Below, piece after piece: positions 1 to 10,584 of a stretch of 64,000 nucleotides of DNA. Position 1 is the stretch's first letter. The number at the start of each line of letters is the position of its first letter. A program made the position numbers and the translations under genes. A model generated the notes under the pieces. It was given only the letters and a program-made list of their open reading frames with translations, had not been told where the DNA came from and searched no databases. Source of the stretch: Oculatellaceae cyanobacterium bins.114 (GTDB taxonomy: Bacteria > Cyanobacteriota > Cyanobacteriia > Elainellales > Elainellaceae). Where the stretch lies: positions 32,001 to 96,000 of the forward strand of contig JANRJA010000075.1 of assembly GCA_033764315.1 (NCBI GenBank), in the 5' to 3' direction.

Positions 1-110
1 GCACGGTTGGCAAAGCCGTCTCGCATGGCTGCTTGCGCATGCATGACGCTGATGTAAAAGCTCTCTATGAGCAGGTCAAGCTGGGTACAACGGTGGTTGT
101 GCGTCAATAA
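1..110 (+). CDS. L,D-transpeptidase (YkuD family), 3' fragment
   Basis: Frame from nt 3 reads TVGKAVSHGCLRMHDADVKALYEQVKLGTTVVVRQ*; SHGC(L/I)R is the YkuD catalytic motif. 5' part lies outside the window. Confidence 0.85.
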   Translation, partial: TVGKAVSHGCLRMHDADVKALYEQVKLGTTVVVRQ

Positions 111-151
111 AGCTGAGGCTACCTGACCATAATGATTGACACATGCTTTAT

Positions 152-176
152 TAATATGCATAATGCATGCATATTA
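152..176. promoter_or_regulatory. Inverted repeat, probable MarR operator
   Basis: TAATATGCAT-N5-ATGCATATTA perfect 10-bp inverted repeat 23 nt upstream of the MarR start. Confidence 0.6.
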
Positions 177-199
177 TGGATTGACAATTTACCTTAGCG

Positions 200-718
200 A
201 TGGATGATGAACGAACCCTGAATCTATTGGGGGCTTTAGCTTTGAGCATTGTAGATGCGCTCAATCCTGTGCTTGAAGCTAATGCGGGTCATGGGGGTGA
301 GACTCCTGCTGCACTGGTGACACTGGGAGCCGAACCAGGTATCTCAATCAATACTCTGCGGCAGATTTTGAATTTGTCTCATCCTGGAACGGTGCGACTA
401 ATCGATCGCCTAGAAGCACAGGGTTTGGTAGAACGGCGATCGGGCGTAGATGGTCGAACGTTGGCCTTGTTTTTGACCAATGCGGGATGGGAACGACGGC
501 AGGCTATCTTGACAGAGCGACGGCAGGCATTGCAAGTTGCCCTTCAACCCCTGACCCTAGATGAGCGATCGCAACTGACCACGCTCTTAGAAAAAATGCT
601 GATGGGAATGACGACGGATGAGTTGCGTGCCTATGCGATTTGTCGTCTGTGCGAAGAAGAAGTGTGTCCGGGCGATCGCTGCCCAGTAGAACAGCAATAT
701 TGCCAAATGGTGAACTGA
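200..718 (+). CDS. MarR family transcriptional regulator with Cys-rich C-terminus
   Basis: wHTH LSHPGTVRLIDRLEAQGLVERR...DGR...LT; C-terminal CRLC-x4-C-x4-C. Confidence 0.9.
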   Translation: MDDERTLNLLGALALSIVDALNPVLEANAGHGGETPAALVTLGAEPGISINTLRQILNLSHPGTVRLIDRLEAQGLVERRSGVDGRTLALFLTNAGWERRQAILTERRQALQVALQPLTLDERSQLTTLLEKMLMGMTTDELRAYAICRLCEEEVCPGDRCPVEQQYCQMVN

Positions 719-1608
719 TGAATCGAGTCGTAATTGCCTTGAGTTATGCCTTTTGTTGGGGTGTTGGGGTAACGCTGACTAAAATTGCGCTTTCAGAAAT
801 TACAGCAACGACCCTGTTAATTATTCAGTTGCTTTCGAGTGTGCTGTTTTTGGCGATCGCCTGTTATCTCAAGACGCGCCAGTTACCGTTTTCCCTCAAG
901 CATCTTAAACGTGGTTTAGCGGGCATTTTTGAACCTGCCTTGGCCTATATGGTTGGCATCTTTGGCGTAGAAATGACAACCGCCAGCAATGCCACGTTGA
1001 TTGGGTCAACTGAGGTTATTTTGACTATTTTGTTTGCGGCTGTTTTTCTACAAGAAAAGCTCACCTATTCCAAATTAGGTTTAGCAGGCATTAGCTTTCT
1101 AGGGGTTCTTTTACTTCTGCTAAAAGATGCTCAAGGGACTGGCTATGCCTCTCTAACAGGTGATTTATTAGTGCTTTTAGGTACTTTGTTCGCTGTGTTT
1201 TATGTGCTCTTTAGCAAGAAGCAAATTGCTACTGAAGATCCACTGCAATTAACATCGTCACAACAATTAGTGGGCTTAATTACGACTCTAATCTGTTTTG
1301 GGGGGTTATCTATTTTGAACCCTGTCTATGAAGTGCATGCTACCGGAATTTCGCTGCAATTTTGGTTGTTGGCGATCGCTTCAGGTGTTATGCAATACGC
1401 CTTGGCGTTCTTACTGTATCTCACTGCATTGAGACATGTGCCTGTCAGTCAGGCTGCTTTTTATGTCGCCCTCATTCCGGTTTTTGGGGTAGCCAGTGCA
1501 GTGGTGATGATTGGTGAGAAACCCAGTTTGACTCAATGGATTGGAGGTTTTTTAGTAATTGGAGCATCTTATTATGCCAATCGGTTGCAACCGACTGTAG
1601 ACGTTTAA
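718..1608 (+). CDS. DMT/EamA family transporter
   Basis: About 10 hydrophobic segments in two EamA-like halves; ATG at 718 overlaps the MarR stop (TGATG), so it is preferred over the ORF-track start at 640. Confidence 0.88.
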   Translation: MNRVVIALSYAFCWGVGVTLTKIALSEITATTLLIIQLLSSVLFLAIACYLKTRQLPFSLKHLKRGLAGIFEPALAYMVGIFGVEMTTASNATLIGSTEVILTILFAAVFLQEKLTYSKLGLAGISFLGVLLLLLKDAQGTGYASLTGDLLVLLGTLFAVFYVLFSKKQIATEDPLQLTSSQQLVGLITTLICFGGLSILNPVYEVHATGISLQFWLLAIASGVMQYALAFLLYLTALRHVPVSQAAFYVALIPVFGVASAVVMIGEKPSLTQWIGGFLVIGASYYANRLQPTVDV

Positions 1609-1942
1609 GCATTCTTGGCTCTCAACCAGAGAGCACCCACCACCCCAAAAACGTCAACCAGTTTGATGGCTGTGTACCGTTTGAGCCAAAAATTAAGACA
1701 TAGGTGAGAGGTGCCAAGCGTCTTTGATCTTTTAAGCTGAGGATGAACTTATCCACTCGGCGATCGCTGCACAACCGAGCACCCCTATGACCTCAAAAGA
1801 CTCCACATCCAACTGGCGAAGGTATTGCTGGAGGAGTTTGAGAGCGTTTTGCAACCATCTTAAAGAACTTGTCAAGTGAATGGTTACAATTTAAACCAAC
1901 GACTTAAATCAACAACCCACTCCAGGCAAATTAACCTTGGGA

Positions 1943-3283
1943 ATGCCAGAGGCGATCGCTCTTTTTTTCTCCTACTCTCACAGAGATGAGCCACTGCGCG
2001 ACAAACTCGCAGAACACTTGAAGATCCTGGAACGCCAGGGTGTGATTTCCTCATGGCACGATCGCCAGATTGGTGCAGGAACTGAGTGGGCAACCGAAAT
2101 CGAGACGAATCTCAACCAGGCAGATATTATTCTGTTGCTAATTAGTGCATCGTTTCTCAGTTCTGACTATTGCTGGGGCATCGAGCTACAACGGGCAATG
2201 GAACGCCATGAGAGCGGGTCAGCCTGTGTCATTCCCGTGATTCTGCGCCCAGTAGATTGGAGTGGTGCCCCCTTTGGCAAACTCCAGGCATTTCCCAAAG
2301 ATGCTAAACCCATCACCCGTTGGGACGATCAGGATGAAGCCATGATGAATGTGGCACAGGGCATTCGAGCCGCAGCAGAACGGTTGAAAACCTTGCGTCA
2401 ACAACAGCGAGTTACAGAAGGGGGAATTGCTCCCTCCGCTCAAGATCCTACAACTCAACAAATCCGACAGTCAGGGCAGGGGGAATCGCACTATCGAGAC
2501 GAAGTGCAACACTGCTTTTGTGAGGACGGGGGGATGATTTCACCCGTCAGTCGGGTCTATTTGGATGGCTTACGCAATAGCTTAAAACTCTCAGTAGAAC
2601 AGGCAGAGGCGATCGAGCAAGATACCCTCAGACCCTACCAGACCTATGCTCAAACCTTGAGTGCCATGCTGCAACAGCAGTATCCCTTAACTCCATCGGC
2701 TCAAACTCTATTAGAGCGATTGCAGAAGACGTTGAACCTGAACGATGAAGAGGTTAAGACTCTGAGCGATCGCGTGATTGCTGAAGTTGCACCACAACCC
2801 TCTGACGACGATGATCTTACTTCTGAAAGGGGAATTGACTATACACAATTACGTGGCTTTTTAAGGGCAGGTCATTGGGAAAAAGCAGATCAGGAAACTT
2901 ACCGAGTCATGACTCAATTAGTGGGAAAAAGCCAGAAAAGTTGGTTGACATCTCATGATTTGTTCACTTTCCCCTGCATCGACCTGAGGACAATCGATCG
3001 CTTGTGGGTCAAATATAGCAATGACAAGTTTGGCTTTAGCGTGCAGAAACAGATTTATGTTGAGTGTGGTGCCCAATTGGATGGCAATTATCCTGGAGAT
3101 GACATTTGGTATAAGTTTTGTGAGTGTGTTGGCTGGAGAGTTAACGGAAAAAACGTAAGCCACGCTGATTTGAAAAAGAATCCTTTATTCTCTTTTCCTG
3201 GGGAATTGCCTACTTTAAGCGTGTTAGGAGTGAAGCGAGGAGGTGGCTTCATTTTCTCTCGTATCGAAACTTGTAAACTGTAG
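1943..3283 (+). CDS. TIR domain + GUN4 domain protein
   Basis: N-terminal FFSYSHRD...WHDRQI.AG.EW...ADIILLLIS..FL.SDYC..IEL (TIR_2); C-terminal DYTQLR.FL..G.W.KADQET...FPC.DL.TID.LW.KYS..KFGFSVQK (GUN4). Confidence 0.88.
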   Translation: MPEAIALFFSYSHRDEPLRDKLAEHLKILERQGVISSWHDRQIGAGTEWATEIETNLNQADIILLLISASFLSSDYCWGIELQRAMERHESGSACVIPVILRPVDWSGAPFGKLQAFPKDAKPITRWDDQDEAMMNVAQGIRAAAERLKTLRQQQRVTEGGIAPSAQDPTTQQIRQSGQGESHYRDEVQHCFCEDGGMISPVSRVYLDGLRNSLKLSVEQAEAIEQDTLRPYQTYAQTLSAMLQQQYPLTPSAQTLLERLQKTLNLNDEEVKTLSDRVIAEVAPQPSDDDDLTSERGIDYTQLRGFLRAGHWEKADQETYRVMTQLVGKSQKSWLTSHDLFTFPCIDLRTIDRLWVKYSNDKFGFSVQKQIYVECGAQLDGNYPGDDIWYKFCECVGWRVNGKNVSHADLKKNPLFSFPGELPTLSVLGVKRGGGFIFSRIETCKL

Positions 3284-3423
3284 CAGACCCTTGCTCCCCG
3301 GATGCTTTAAGCAACCGGAGAGGTGCAGCCCCAAATGGGAGGCATGAAGGAGCGATCGCTGGTTCACCCAATGTTGGCTGTTTGCTAGAATGCGGATGTT
3401 CCTTCAACAAGCTGTAATTGGCA

Positions 3424-3609
3424 ATGAGTGACAAAGAAGCAGTGCTTGAGCTTGTAAAACGTTTACCTGCGACCGTGTCTCTGCGTGAAATTTTGCGAGA
3501 GATTGAATTTATTGCGGCAGTCAAAGAAGGGTTAGAAGAGATTGATCAGGGACAGGGGCTTTCAATTGAATCTGTTGAGCAAATGATGAACACATGGACT
3601 ACACCGTAA
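3424..3609 (+). CDS. Putative antitoxin of a RelE/ParE pair
   Basis: Small acidic protein overlapping the downstream toxin; VKEGLEEIDQG motif typical of such antitoxins. Confidence 0.7.
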   Translation: MSDKEAVLELVKRLPATVSLREILREIEFIAAVKEGLEEIDQGQGLSIESVEQMMNTWTTP

Positions 3610-3890
3610 TTCTATCTCCTAAGGCAGTTGGAGATTTAGAGGCGATCGTCCGGTACATTACGTTGAACAATCCAGAAGCTGCTCGAATGGTTGGGCAAAA
3701 TCTTCTAAACAAAGCCAAGGAATTGAGCCAGTTTCCATTGAAAGGGCAAATGGTACCAGAGTTCAATAGTCCTGACATTCGGCAGGTTATTCTGAAGCCC
3801 TATCGGATTGTGTATCGAGTTGAAGAAGATAGGAAACGGATTAGTATTGCCCGATTTTGGCACTCCGCTCAAGACAACTTAGAGCTTTGA
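3594..3890 (+). CDS. RelE/ParE family toxin
   Basis: VILSPKAVGDLEAIVRYI...FP..G..VPE.....R......YRIVYRV.....I.I.RFWH. Confidence 0.88.
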   Translation: MDYTVILSPKAVGDLEAIVRYITLNNPEAARMVGQNLLNKAKELSQFPLKGQMVPEFNSPDIRQVILKPYRIVYRVEEDRKRISIARFWHSAQDNLEL

Positions 3891-3996
3891 CCAGACTCCC
3901 CATCCCACCTCATTTAGAAGTCTTCAGTTATTTGTGAGAATAGCGACGAGTCTAGCAACTGAACAAATTTGATGGACAGTTTGCGCTCTAAAGGAG

Positions 3997-5016
3997 CTAC
4001 CGCATATTTTGTTTGCGTTCTTTTTTCAGGTCGCGAGTTTCTGCTGCTGCGAGATCAGCATCCAACAACGTTCTGCCGGTAGCCGCGAGGTAGACATCAT
4101 CTAAACTGGGACGTGACTGCGATACGCCAAATGTGGGCAATCCTGCCTCTTTTAAAGCTTGTTGAATGGTGAGTAGCGCATCGCTTTGGGCGTCAACCAC
4201 CAAATTTAACGAGTTGCCTTGTGCCTCATTGACGATCGCCTCTTGCACAAAGGCAAAGTTAGTCAGCAGCGTCTTAGCGGTTTCAGCTTCCTCACGGGGA
4301 GTAAATTCGCGAATTCGTAAGGTGATGCGATCGCCCCCAATCTGGTCTTTCAACTGAGAGGGAGTGCCTGACGCAATCACTAACCCGCGATCGATAATGG
4401 CAACGCGGTCGGCTAGGGCATCCACTTCTTCGAGGTAATGGCTGGTGATTAAGACGGTCGTTCCTTCGCTTCGCAGTTGCCGCAAAAAGTTCCACACGGC
4501 AGAGCGGCTCTCGATATCTAGGCCAACCGTCGGTTCATCGAGCACCAGCACATCGGGTTGATGCAACAATCCCGCAGCGAGATCGAGGCGTTTTCTCAAT
4601 CCGCCTGAATAGGTGCCTGTTTTTTTGTCTGCCCATTCGCCCAAACCTAAGAGCGACAGCATTTGGTCAATGCGTTCAGTGGCGATCGCTCGTGGTAGAT
4701 GATAGAGTGCGGCTTGTAGTTGCAGCAGTTCGCGTCCGGTCAAGACTTTATCAATGGCAACCTCTTGGGCGACGTAACCCAATCGTTGTCGGGCTAATTT
4801 AGGCTGTTCTAAAACTGAGATGCCAGAGACTTCAATCTGCCCTGCATCAGGAGTCGTCAACGTGCAGAGACAGCGGATGGTCGTGGTTTTGCCTGCTCCA
4901 TTGGGTCCGAGCAAACCAAAAATTTCACCAGGTTCAATGTGCAGTGACACGTCTTTGACGGCTTCAACCTGCCCATACCGTTTTTGTAATTTTTCAACGA
5001 CAACTGCTGGAGCCAT
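3997..5016 (-). CDS. ABC-2 (DrrA-like) transporter ATP-binding protein
   Basis: Walker A GPNGAGKTT, signature YSGG, Walker B LVLDEP, H-loop. Confidence 0.92.
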   Translation of the reverse strand: MAPAVVVEKLQKRYGQVEAVKDVSLHIEPGEIFGLLGPNGAGKTTTIRCLCTLTTPDAGQIEVSGISVLEQPKLARQRLGYVAQEVAIDKVLTGRELLQLQAALYHLPRAIATERIDQMLSLLGLGEWADKKTGTYSGGLRKRLDLAAGLLHQPDVLVLDEPTVGLDIESRSAVWNFLRQLRSEGTTVLITSHYLEEVDALADRVAIIDRGLVIASGTPSQLKDQIGGDRITLRIREFTPREEAETAKTLLTNFAFVQEAIVNEAQGNSLNLVVDAQSDALLTIQQALKEAGLPTFGVSQSRPSLDDVYLAATGRTLLDADLAAAETRDLKKERKQNMR

Positions 5017-5167
5017 TGTTTTGCCTAATAGTTGAGCGATCGCTGTGATTCTCTACTCTCTATCTTACTGAAAGGAGAGCCAGTAAAAGACGGCAGGGTT
5101 AAGGCTTGCTACAAAGATAACCGGACAGAGAGATAACCAGAAAGGTGGAAGAAGGGTCAAGTGAAAC

Positions 5168-5194
5168 CCGTTGGGTTGCTCAGTAACCCAACGG
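5168..5194. terminator. Stem-loop between ctaB and the ABC ATPase gene
   Basis: CCGTTGGGTTGCT-CAGTAACCCAACGG inverted repeat just downstream of ctaB. Confidence 0.5.
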
Positions 5195-5221
5195 ATTTAC
5201 GTCTATCTATTCCTCGGTTAT

Positions 5222-6211
5222 CTAGCCCATCATCACACTCGCGACGGTGCTCACTAGGGTGTTGAAATAATCAACCGCTGATGCAGTTAGTTGATGGGTC
5301 ACAGGTAGGCTATCGACTGCCATGCCTGCGCTCAAGAGCATCATGTAAAAGATGGAGTATTTGAACAGCGATCGCGCCAAGCCGAGATCCGTTGGCTCTT
5401 GCAGCAAGCTCCAGGCTTTAGAGACAAAGATGCCGCCGAGGAGAAGGGCGATCGCAGTATAGACTGCACCCATCACATGTAAGGGATAGACCAACAACAG
5501 CGTCACAGGAATCAGCAACAGAGTATAAATCCAGATTTGCCGAGCGGTGGGTGCTTCACCGACGATGACTGGTAGCATTGGCACCCCTACCTTGGCGTAG
5601 TCTTCGCGAATCATCATTGCCAGTGCCCAAAAATGGGGAGGAGTCCAGAAAAAGATGATGGCAAAGTAGACCCACGCGGCCCAACCTAAATCTCCGGTCA
5701 CGGCTGCCCAACCTACCAGGGGTGGAATAGCACCCGCCGCACCACCAATGACAATATTTTGAGTGCTATGCCGCTTGAGCCAGTGGGTATAGACCAGCAC
5801 GTAGGTCACAATGCCAGACATGGCTAACAGCGCACTCAGCAAGTTAGCAAAGACAGTGAGCAACGTAAAAGAAATAATGGCAAGAGCGATCGCAAAAATG
5901 AGTGCATCACGGGGTTGGACTCGACCCGATGGCAAGGGACGGTGACGAGTGCGTTCCATCTCGTAATCAATGTCTCGGTCATAAAGACAGTTGATTGTGT
6001 TTGCCGAAGCAGCAGCGAGTGCCCCACTCAGCAAGGTGACTAACAGTAAAAAGGGATCAACCTGCCCTTTGGCAGCAATCCACATGCTGCCAGCTGTGGT
6101 GATCAACAACAGGACAATAATGCGGGGTTTGGTCAGTTGCCAGTAACTCTGAAGCACCTGCCAGATGTTTCGATGGTGACGAGTTGTTCCGGCAAAAACG
6201 GTTTCATGCAT
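5222..6211 (-). CDS. ctaB: Heme o synthase (protoheme IX farnesyltransferase)
   Basis: [41 protein letters not shown] motifs. Confidence 0.96.
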   Translation of the reverse strand: MHETVFAGTTRHHRNIWQVLQSYWQLTKPRIIVLLLITTAGSMWIAAKGQVDPFLLLVTLLSGALAAASANTINCLYDRDIDYEMERTRHRPLPSGRVQPRDALIFAIALAIISFTLLTVFANLLSALLAMSGIVTYVLVYTHWLKRHSTQNIVIGGAAGAIPPLVGWAAVTGDLGWAAWVYFAIIFFWTPPHFWALAMMIREDYAKVGVPMLPVIVGEAPTARQIWIYTLLLIPVTLLLVYPLHVMGAVYTAIALLLGGIFVSKAWSLLQEPTDLGLARSLFKYSIFYMMLLSAGMAVDSLPVTHQLTASAVDYFNTLVSTVASVMMG

Positions 6212-6328
6212 CAGCTTAAATTCCTAATGAATATGGGTTCTAAGGCTGGTCAAAGCGCAATAAACACGGTTGAGGAGCTAAGCGGAAGGAGTGTGAACGG
6301 TTCCCATGCAGGGGTGTGCCAACAAGAG

Positions 6329-7297
6329 TTAGGGTTCGATGCTTTCTAAGACGCGACGAAAGGCAGTTTTGCTCTGGGTGTTATCGCGCCATCCTAAGAC
6401 CGCAAAACAGACCAAAATGCCTAAAAGGGCGGCTCCGACACTTTGGTGAGCCACCGTCAACAACTCCACTTGCAGATGTAAGCGGAAGGTGGAAACCCCT
6501 AGAACAAGTTGCACCAGCAACAACCCGGCGGCAAGGTTGATCAATTGCCGCAGCACCGGATGCAATGCTGGAGTGCGCCATGCCAGGGTCACGAGAACAA
6601 TAACCATCACACTCGTGGGAACCACGCCCAACAGATGGCTATTCATCACGCTACACAGTTGAGCGATCGAGAGGCATTGGTGCAGTGCCCACTGTGACCC
6701 AACCAGGGCACCTGTGAGACTTTGCAGATAAATCAGCAGGGCAGCACCTAGGCTAATCCACGGTAACTGACTCGCTGTACCCGTTCCCTGATAAGGCAAT
6801 AGCGCACTGCCCATGACTAATAGGGTGATAAAGAAGAGAAGGGCGGTGCCTAAGTGAGCCGTGACGATGTCAAACCGCAGCATTTCAGTCACGGTCAAGC
6901 CTCCTAAGACTCCCTGAAACACGATCAGGAGGAGGGCAAGGCTAGCTCCCCAGGGAAGCCAACGAGGTAAGGTGCTGCGGTGCCACACACTCAAACCCAC
7001 CAGGGCGATCGCCATCAGCCCAATTAATGCTGCATCCAGGCGATGAATCCATTCTAAAAACACCTGAAAATTCATCTGCTGACTGGGAAACAGTGTGCCA
7101 TAGCAGAGAGGCCAGTCAGGACACGCTAGCCCTGCATTCATAACCCGTGTAGCACTGCCAATTGCCATCAAAATTAAGGTGGCGATCGCAATTTTCCAGA
7201 TTAATTTCCGAATTCGATCGACAGGTTGAATCAGCTCTGATGAACGAGTAACATCAATCGCCTCTAGGGCACGTTGATGAAGCGCAGAATCAGTCAT
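6329..7297 (-). CDS. ctaA: Heme a synthase (COX15/CtaA)
   Basis: GLACPDWPLC, EW.HR, QG.LGGLTV, HL..A motifs; adjacent to ctaB and the cox operon. Confidence 0.93.
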   Translation of the reverse strand: MTDSALHQRALEAIDVTRSSELIQPVDRIRKLIWKIAIATLILMAIGSATRVMNAGLACPDWPLCYGTLFPSQQMNFQVFLEWIHRLDAALIGLMAIALVGLSVWHRSTLPRWLPWGASLALLLIVFQGVLGGLTVTEMLRFDIVTAHLGTALLFFITLLVMGSALLPYQGTGTASQLPWISLGAALLIYLQSLTGALVGSQWALHQCLSIAQLCSVMNSHLLGVVPTSVMVIVLVTLAWRTPALHPVLRQLINLAAGLLLVQLVLGVSTFRLHLQVELLTVAHQSVGAALLGILVCFAVLGWRDNTQSKTAFRRVLESIEP

Positions 7298-7688
7298 TCC
7301 CCGTGCCCCCCAACAAATAAAAATTCATTGCACATCAAACACTAAAAAACACTAAAGTTAATCTCTAACCGAGCCGTAACTTCAGCCGACGTAACGAGGT
7401 GATCTAGTTACTACTTTAGTGATGCTATTCAGAATTGGCAGAGCTTTTAGAAATTCTTCGGATTGTTGTACCTATTTCTTAAAGAAGAAATTAGAAAGCT
7501 TCCTTCATAATCATCAAAATTTAGTTACATAAATTCATGATTTATTTCCAGATGTAGTCAATGTCACTAAATCGGAATCACAAAAGCATCCTGATCCTAA
7601 AGAAATTACTAAAGATATCTACTTTTTAACGCTCTGAATCGGTTTGCTGCTTTAACGTGGTAGTTAGCATTAGGTAATTGATTTAGCC

Positions 7689-8693
7689 GTGAACATTCCA
7701 AGTAACATCCTCACAATGTTGGCTGGCATCTCCTTGACGCTAGTTAGCATCTGGTACGGACAAAATCACGGTTTGCTGCCCGTAGCAGCTTCCGAAGAAG
7801 CTTCCATCATTGATGGGCTGTTTAACACGATGATGACGGTGTCCGTTGGGCTTTTTTTGTTAGTACAAGGCATCTTAGTTTTTGCTCTGTTCAAATTTCG
7901 GCGGCGTGCTGGCGATCGCACGGATGGCCCCCCCATTCATGGCAATCTTGCTCTAGAGATTGTTTGGACGGCGATTCCAGCGGTCGTCGTGCTAGTCATT
8001 GGTGTTTACAGCTTTGAGGTTTATAACCGGTTAGGTGGGTTTGACCCCAATGCGGCGTCCGATCGGGGTGTAGAAGTGGCTATGCTTCCCGGTGACAACT
8101 CATCTGGCTTGATCGACGCTCCCAAGCCTCACAAAATGGCAGGGCATCACCACATGGCATTAGGAATTGGTGCAATGCCTGGAGAAGAAGGCACAGCGGC
8201 AGATTTGTCGGTTGATGTAATGGGGCTGCAATACGCCTGGATCTTTACCTACCCAGCCAGCGGCATCACCACGGGTGAGCTACATGTTCCTGTGGGCAAA
8301 GAGGTGCAATTGACGATCAAGGCGCAAGACGTGATTCATGCGTTTTGGCTACCTGAGTTTCGTCTCAAGCAAGACGCAATTCCAGGACGCGATGCTGAGT
8401 TGCGCTTTAGACCCCAGCTTGTGGGCGAATATCCCATTGTCTGTGCTGAGTTGTGTGGTCCCTATCATGGTGCAATGGGTGCCAAGCTCTTTGTGCACTC
8501 TCCTGAGGACTACGATAATTGGCTGCAACAGCAGGTCGCTAGTAACACCAATCCGACTCAGGTCGTCGCCATGCGTCCAGATGATCGCTCTGAGGCAGAT
8601 TACCTCGCGCTGATTGTGGAACACCTGATGGGAGACAGTGTTGCCCCTGAAGCCTTGGCGCAATTACATCCTCACCACTCTACAATGCCCTAA
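7689..8693 (+). CDS. ctaC: Cytochrome c oxidase subunit II
   Basis: LEIVWT.IP, QYAW.F.Y, DVIHAFW and CuA motif CAELCGPYHGAM; GTG start. Confidence 0.96.
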   Translation: MNIPSNILTMLAGISLTLVSIWYGQNHGLLPVAASEEASIIDGLFNTMMTVSVGLFLLVQGILVFALFKFRRRAGDRTDGPPIHGNLALEIVWTAIPAVVVLVIGVYSFEVYNRLGGFDPNAASDRGVEVAMLPGDNSSGLIDAPKPHKMAGHHHMALGIGAMPGEEGTAADLSVDVMGLQYAWIFTYPASGITTGELHVPVGKEVQLTIKAQDVIHAFWLPEFRLKQDAIPGRDAELRFRPQLVGEYPIVCAELCGPYHGAMGAKLFVHSPEDYDNWLQQQVASNTNPTQVVAMRPDDRSEADYLALIVEHLMGDSVAPEALAQLHPHHSTMP

Positions 8694-8717
8694 TGGTGAC
8701 AATGCCCTAATGGTGAC
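8682..8717 (+). repeat. 17-bp tandem duplication spanning the ctaC stop
   Basis: ACAATGCCCTAATGGTG x2 followed by AC. Confidence 0.85.
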
Positions 8718-8779
8718 CGTTTTTAAGAACTTCAACTTGCTTTGGCAAGCCATCTAATATTTACGAGAACCAAGCACGT

Positions 8780-10489
8780 ATGACTCAAGCAGAATGGCAG
8801 TCCACCGCGATACCACCCGTGGAGCACGAGCAACCACCTGATCGGAAATGGTGGGAGTACTTTACATTTAGTACCGATCACAAGGTCATTGGTCTTCAAT
8901 ACCTGGTGACAGCGTTTTTCTTTTACTTGATTGGGGGAGCTTTGGCGACTGCCATTCGCACTGAGTTGGCAACGCCTGCCTCTGATTTTGTTGCGCCTGA
9001 TGTCTACAACGGCATGTTGACCCTGCACGGCACAATCATGATCTTTTTGTGGATCATTCCAGCGGGTGCCGGATTGGCGAACTACATGATTCCCCTGATG
9101 ATTGGGGCAAAGGATATGGCATTCCCCAAGCTCAACGGGGTCGCCTTTTGGATGATTGTGCCAGCGGGAGCGGCACTGATCCTCAGCTTCTTTTTAGAGC
9201 CTCCTCAAGCGGGTTGGACGTCCTATCCACCACTGAGTTTGGTGTCTGGCAAAGTGGGTGAGGGCATCTGGATTTTTGGCTTGCTGACCCTGGGTACTTC
9301 CTCCATCTTGGGAGCACTTAACTTTTTTGTAACGATCCTGCGGATGCGGGTTCCTGGCATGGGCATCAACGATATGCCCCTGTTTTGCTGGGCGATGTTA
9401 TCTACGTCAGGGCTGATTTTGATCGGCACCCCTGTGTTGGCAGGGGCGTTAATTTTGTTGGCATTTGACCTGCTTGCGGGGACTGCTTTTTTTAACCCCA
9501 CTGGGGGCGGTGACCCAGTGGTGTATCAGCACATGTTCTGGTTCTATTCCCACCCAGCGGTTTACATCATGATTTTGCCGCTGTTTGGGGCAATTTCTGA
9601 GATTCTGCCTGTGCATGCTCGCAAGCCACTCTTTGGGTATCGAGCGATCGCCTACTCTAGTGTCGCCATCAGTTTCTTGGGCTTGATTGTCTGGGCACAC
9701 CATATGTTTACCAGTGGCACGCCAGCTTGGCTACGGATGTTCTTTATGATCACCACAATGGTGATCGCCGTGCCCACGGGGATCAAGGTCTTTGGGTGGT
9801 TAGGCACGATTTGGGGTGGCAAGATCCAGCTCAACAGTGCCATGCTGTTTGCGCTAGGGTTTATCTCGATGTTTGTGATTGGCGGTATTACTGGGGTCAT
9901 GGTCGCTTCAGTGCCGTTTGACATCCACGTTCACGATACCTACTTCATCGTCGCCCACATTCACTATGTGTTGTTTGGGGGCAGTGTGTTTGGCATCTAT
10001 GCAGCCGTTTACCATTGGTTTCCCAAGATGACGGGACGCATGGTGAATGAAACCTGGGGCATTGTGCATTTCATTTTGACGTTTATTGGCATGAACCTCA
10101 CCTTTATGCCAATGCACGAGTTGGGGCTGTTGGGCATGAACCGCCGGATCGCTATGTATGATCCTAAGTTTGCAGGCTTAAATATGATCTGCACGGTTGG
10201 TTCCTATATTCTGGCAGTGTCTACCATTCCCTTTTTGGTGAATGCGGTTTGGAGTTGGTTGTACGGCAAGAAAGCGGGCAATAATCCCTGGCGAGCACTG
10301 ACCCTGGAGTGGTCAACCACCTCACCACCCCCCATCGAAAATTTTGAGGTGACACCTGTTCTGATTAGTGGTCCCTATGATTACGGTTCTGGCGATCGCA
10401 ACCCCGATGTTGCTCTAGAAGAGCAAGAGACAAATACGGAGGCACCTCCTGGCTTTATTCCCCCTGAAGAGGCGCGGGCTGGAAAGTGA
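8780..10489 (+). CDS. ctaD: Cytochrome c oxidase subunit I (type A2)
   Basis: TDHKVIG, WFYSHPAVY (A2 YS motif), VWAHHMF, HDTYFIVAHIHYV. Confidence 0.97.
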   Translation: MTQAEWQSTAIPPVEHEQPPDRKWWEYFTFSTDHKVIGLQYLVTAFFFYLIGGALATAIRTELATPASDFVAPDVYNGMLTLHGTIMIFLWIIPAGAGLANYMIPLMIGAKDMAFPKLNGVAFWMIVPAGAALILSFFLEPPQAGWTSYPPLSLVSGKVGEGIWIFGLLTLGTSSILGALNFFVTILRMRVPGMGINDMPLFCWAMLSTSGLILIGTPVLAGALILLAFDLLAGTAFFNPTGGGDPVVYQHMFWFYSHPAVYIMILPLFGAISEILPVHARKPLFGYRAIAYSSVAISFLGLIVWAHHMFTSGTPAWLRMFFMITTMVIAVPTGIKVFGWLGTIWGGKIQLNSAMLFALGFISMFVIGGITGVMVASVPFDIHVHDTYFIVAHIHYVLFGGSVFGIYAAVYHWFPKMTGRMVNETWGIVHFILTFIGMNLTFMPMHELGLLGMNRRIAMYDPKFAGLNMICTVGSYILAVSTIPFLVNAVWSWLYGKKAGNNPWRALTLEWSTTSPPPIENFEVTPVLISGPYDYGSGDRNPDVALEEQETNTEAPPGFIPPEEARAGK

Positions 10490-10584
10490 TGTGAGTTTGT
10501 CACGCGATCGCTAGCATGGGTCGCACCCTTCCTATCTATCGAAATCCTTTTGGATTTGTGTCCCACTCATCACAATTGAGGTTT

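Noticed and set aside
1700..1885. Possible gene remnant upstream of TIR-GUN4
   Set aside because: Short coding-like stretches but no recognisable family or intact frame
3190..3325. Diversity-generating retroelement target at the GUN4 3' end (downstream hairpin)
   Set aside because: No reverse transcriptase or template repeat in the window; the hairpin resembles dispersed repeat family A
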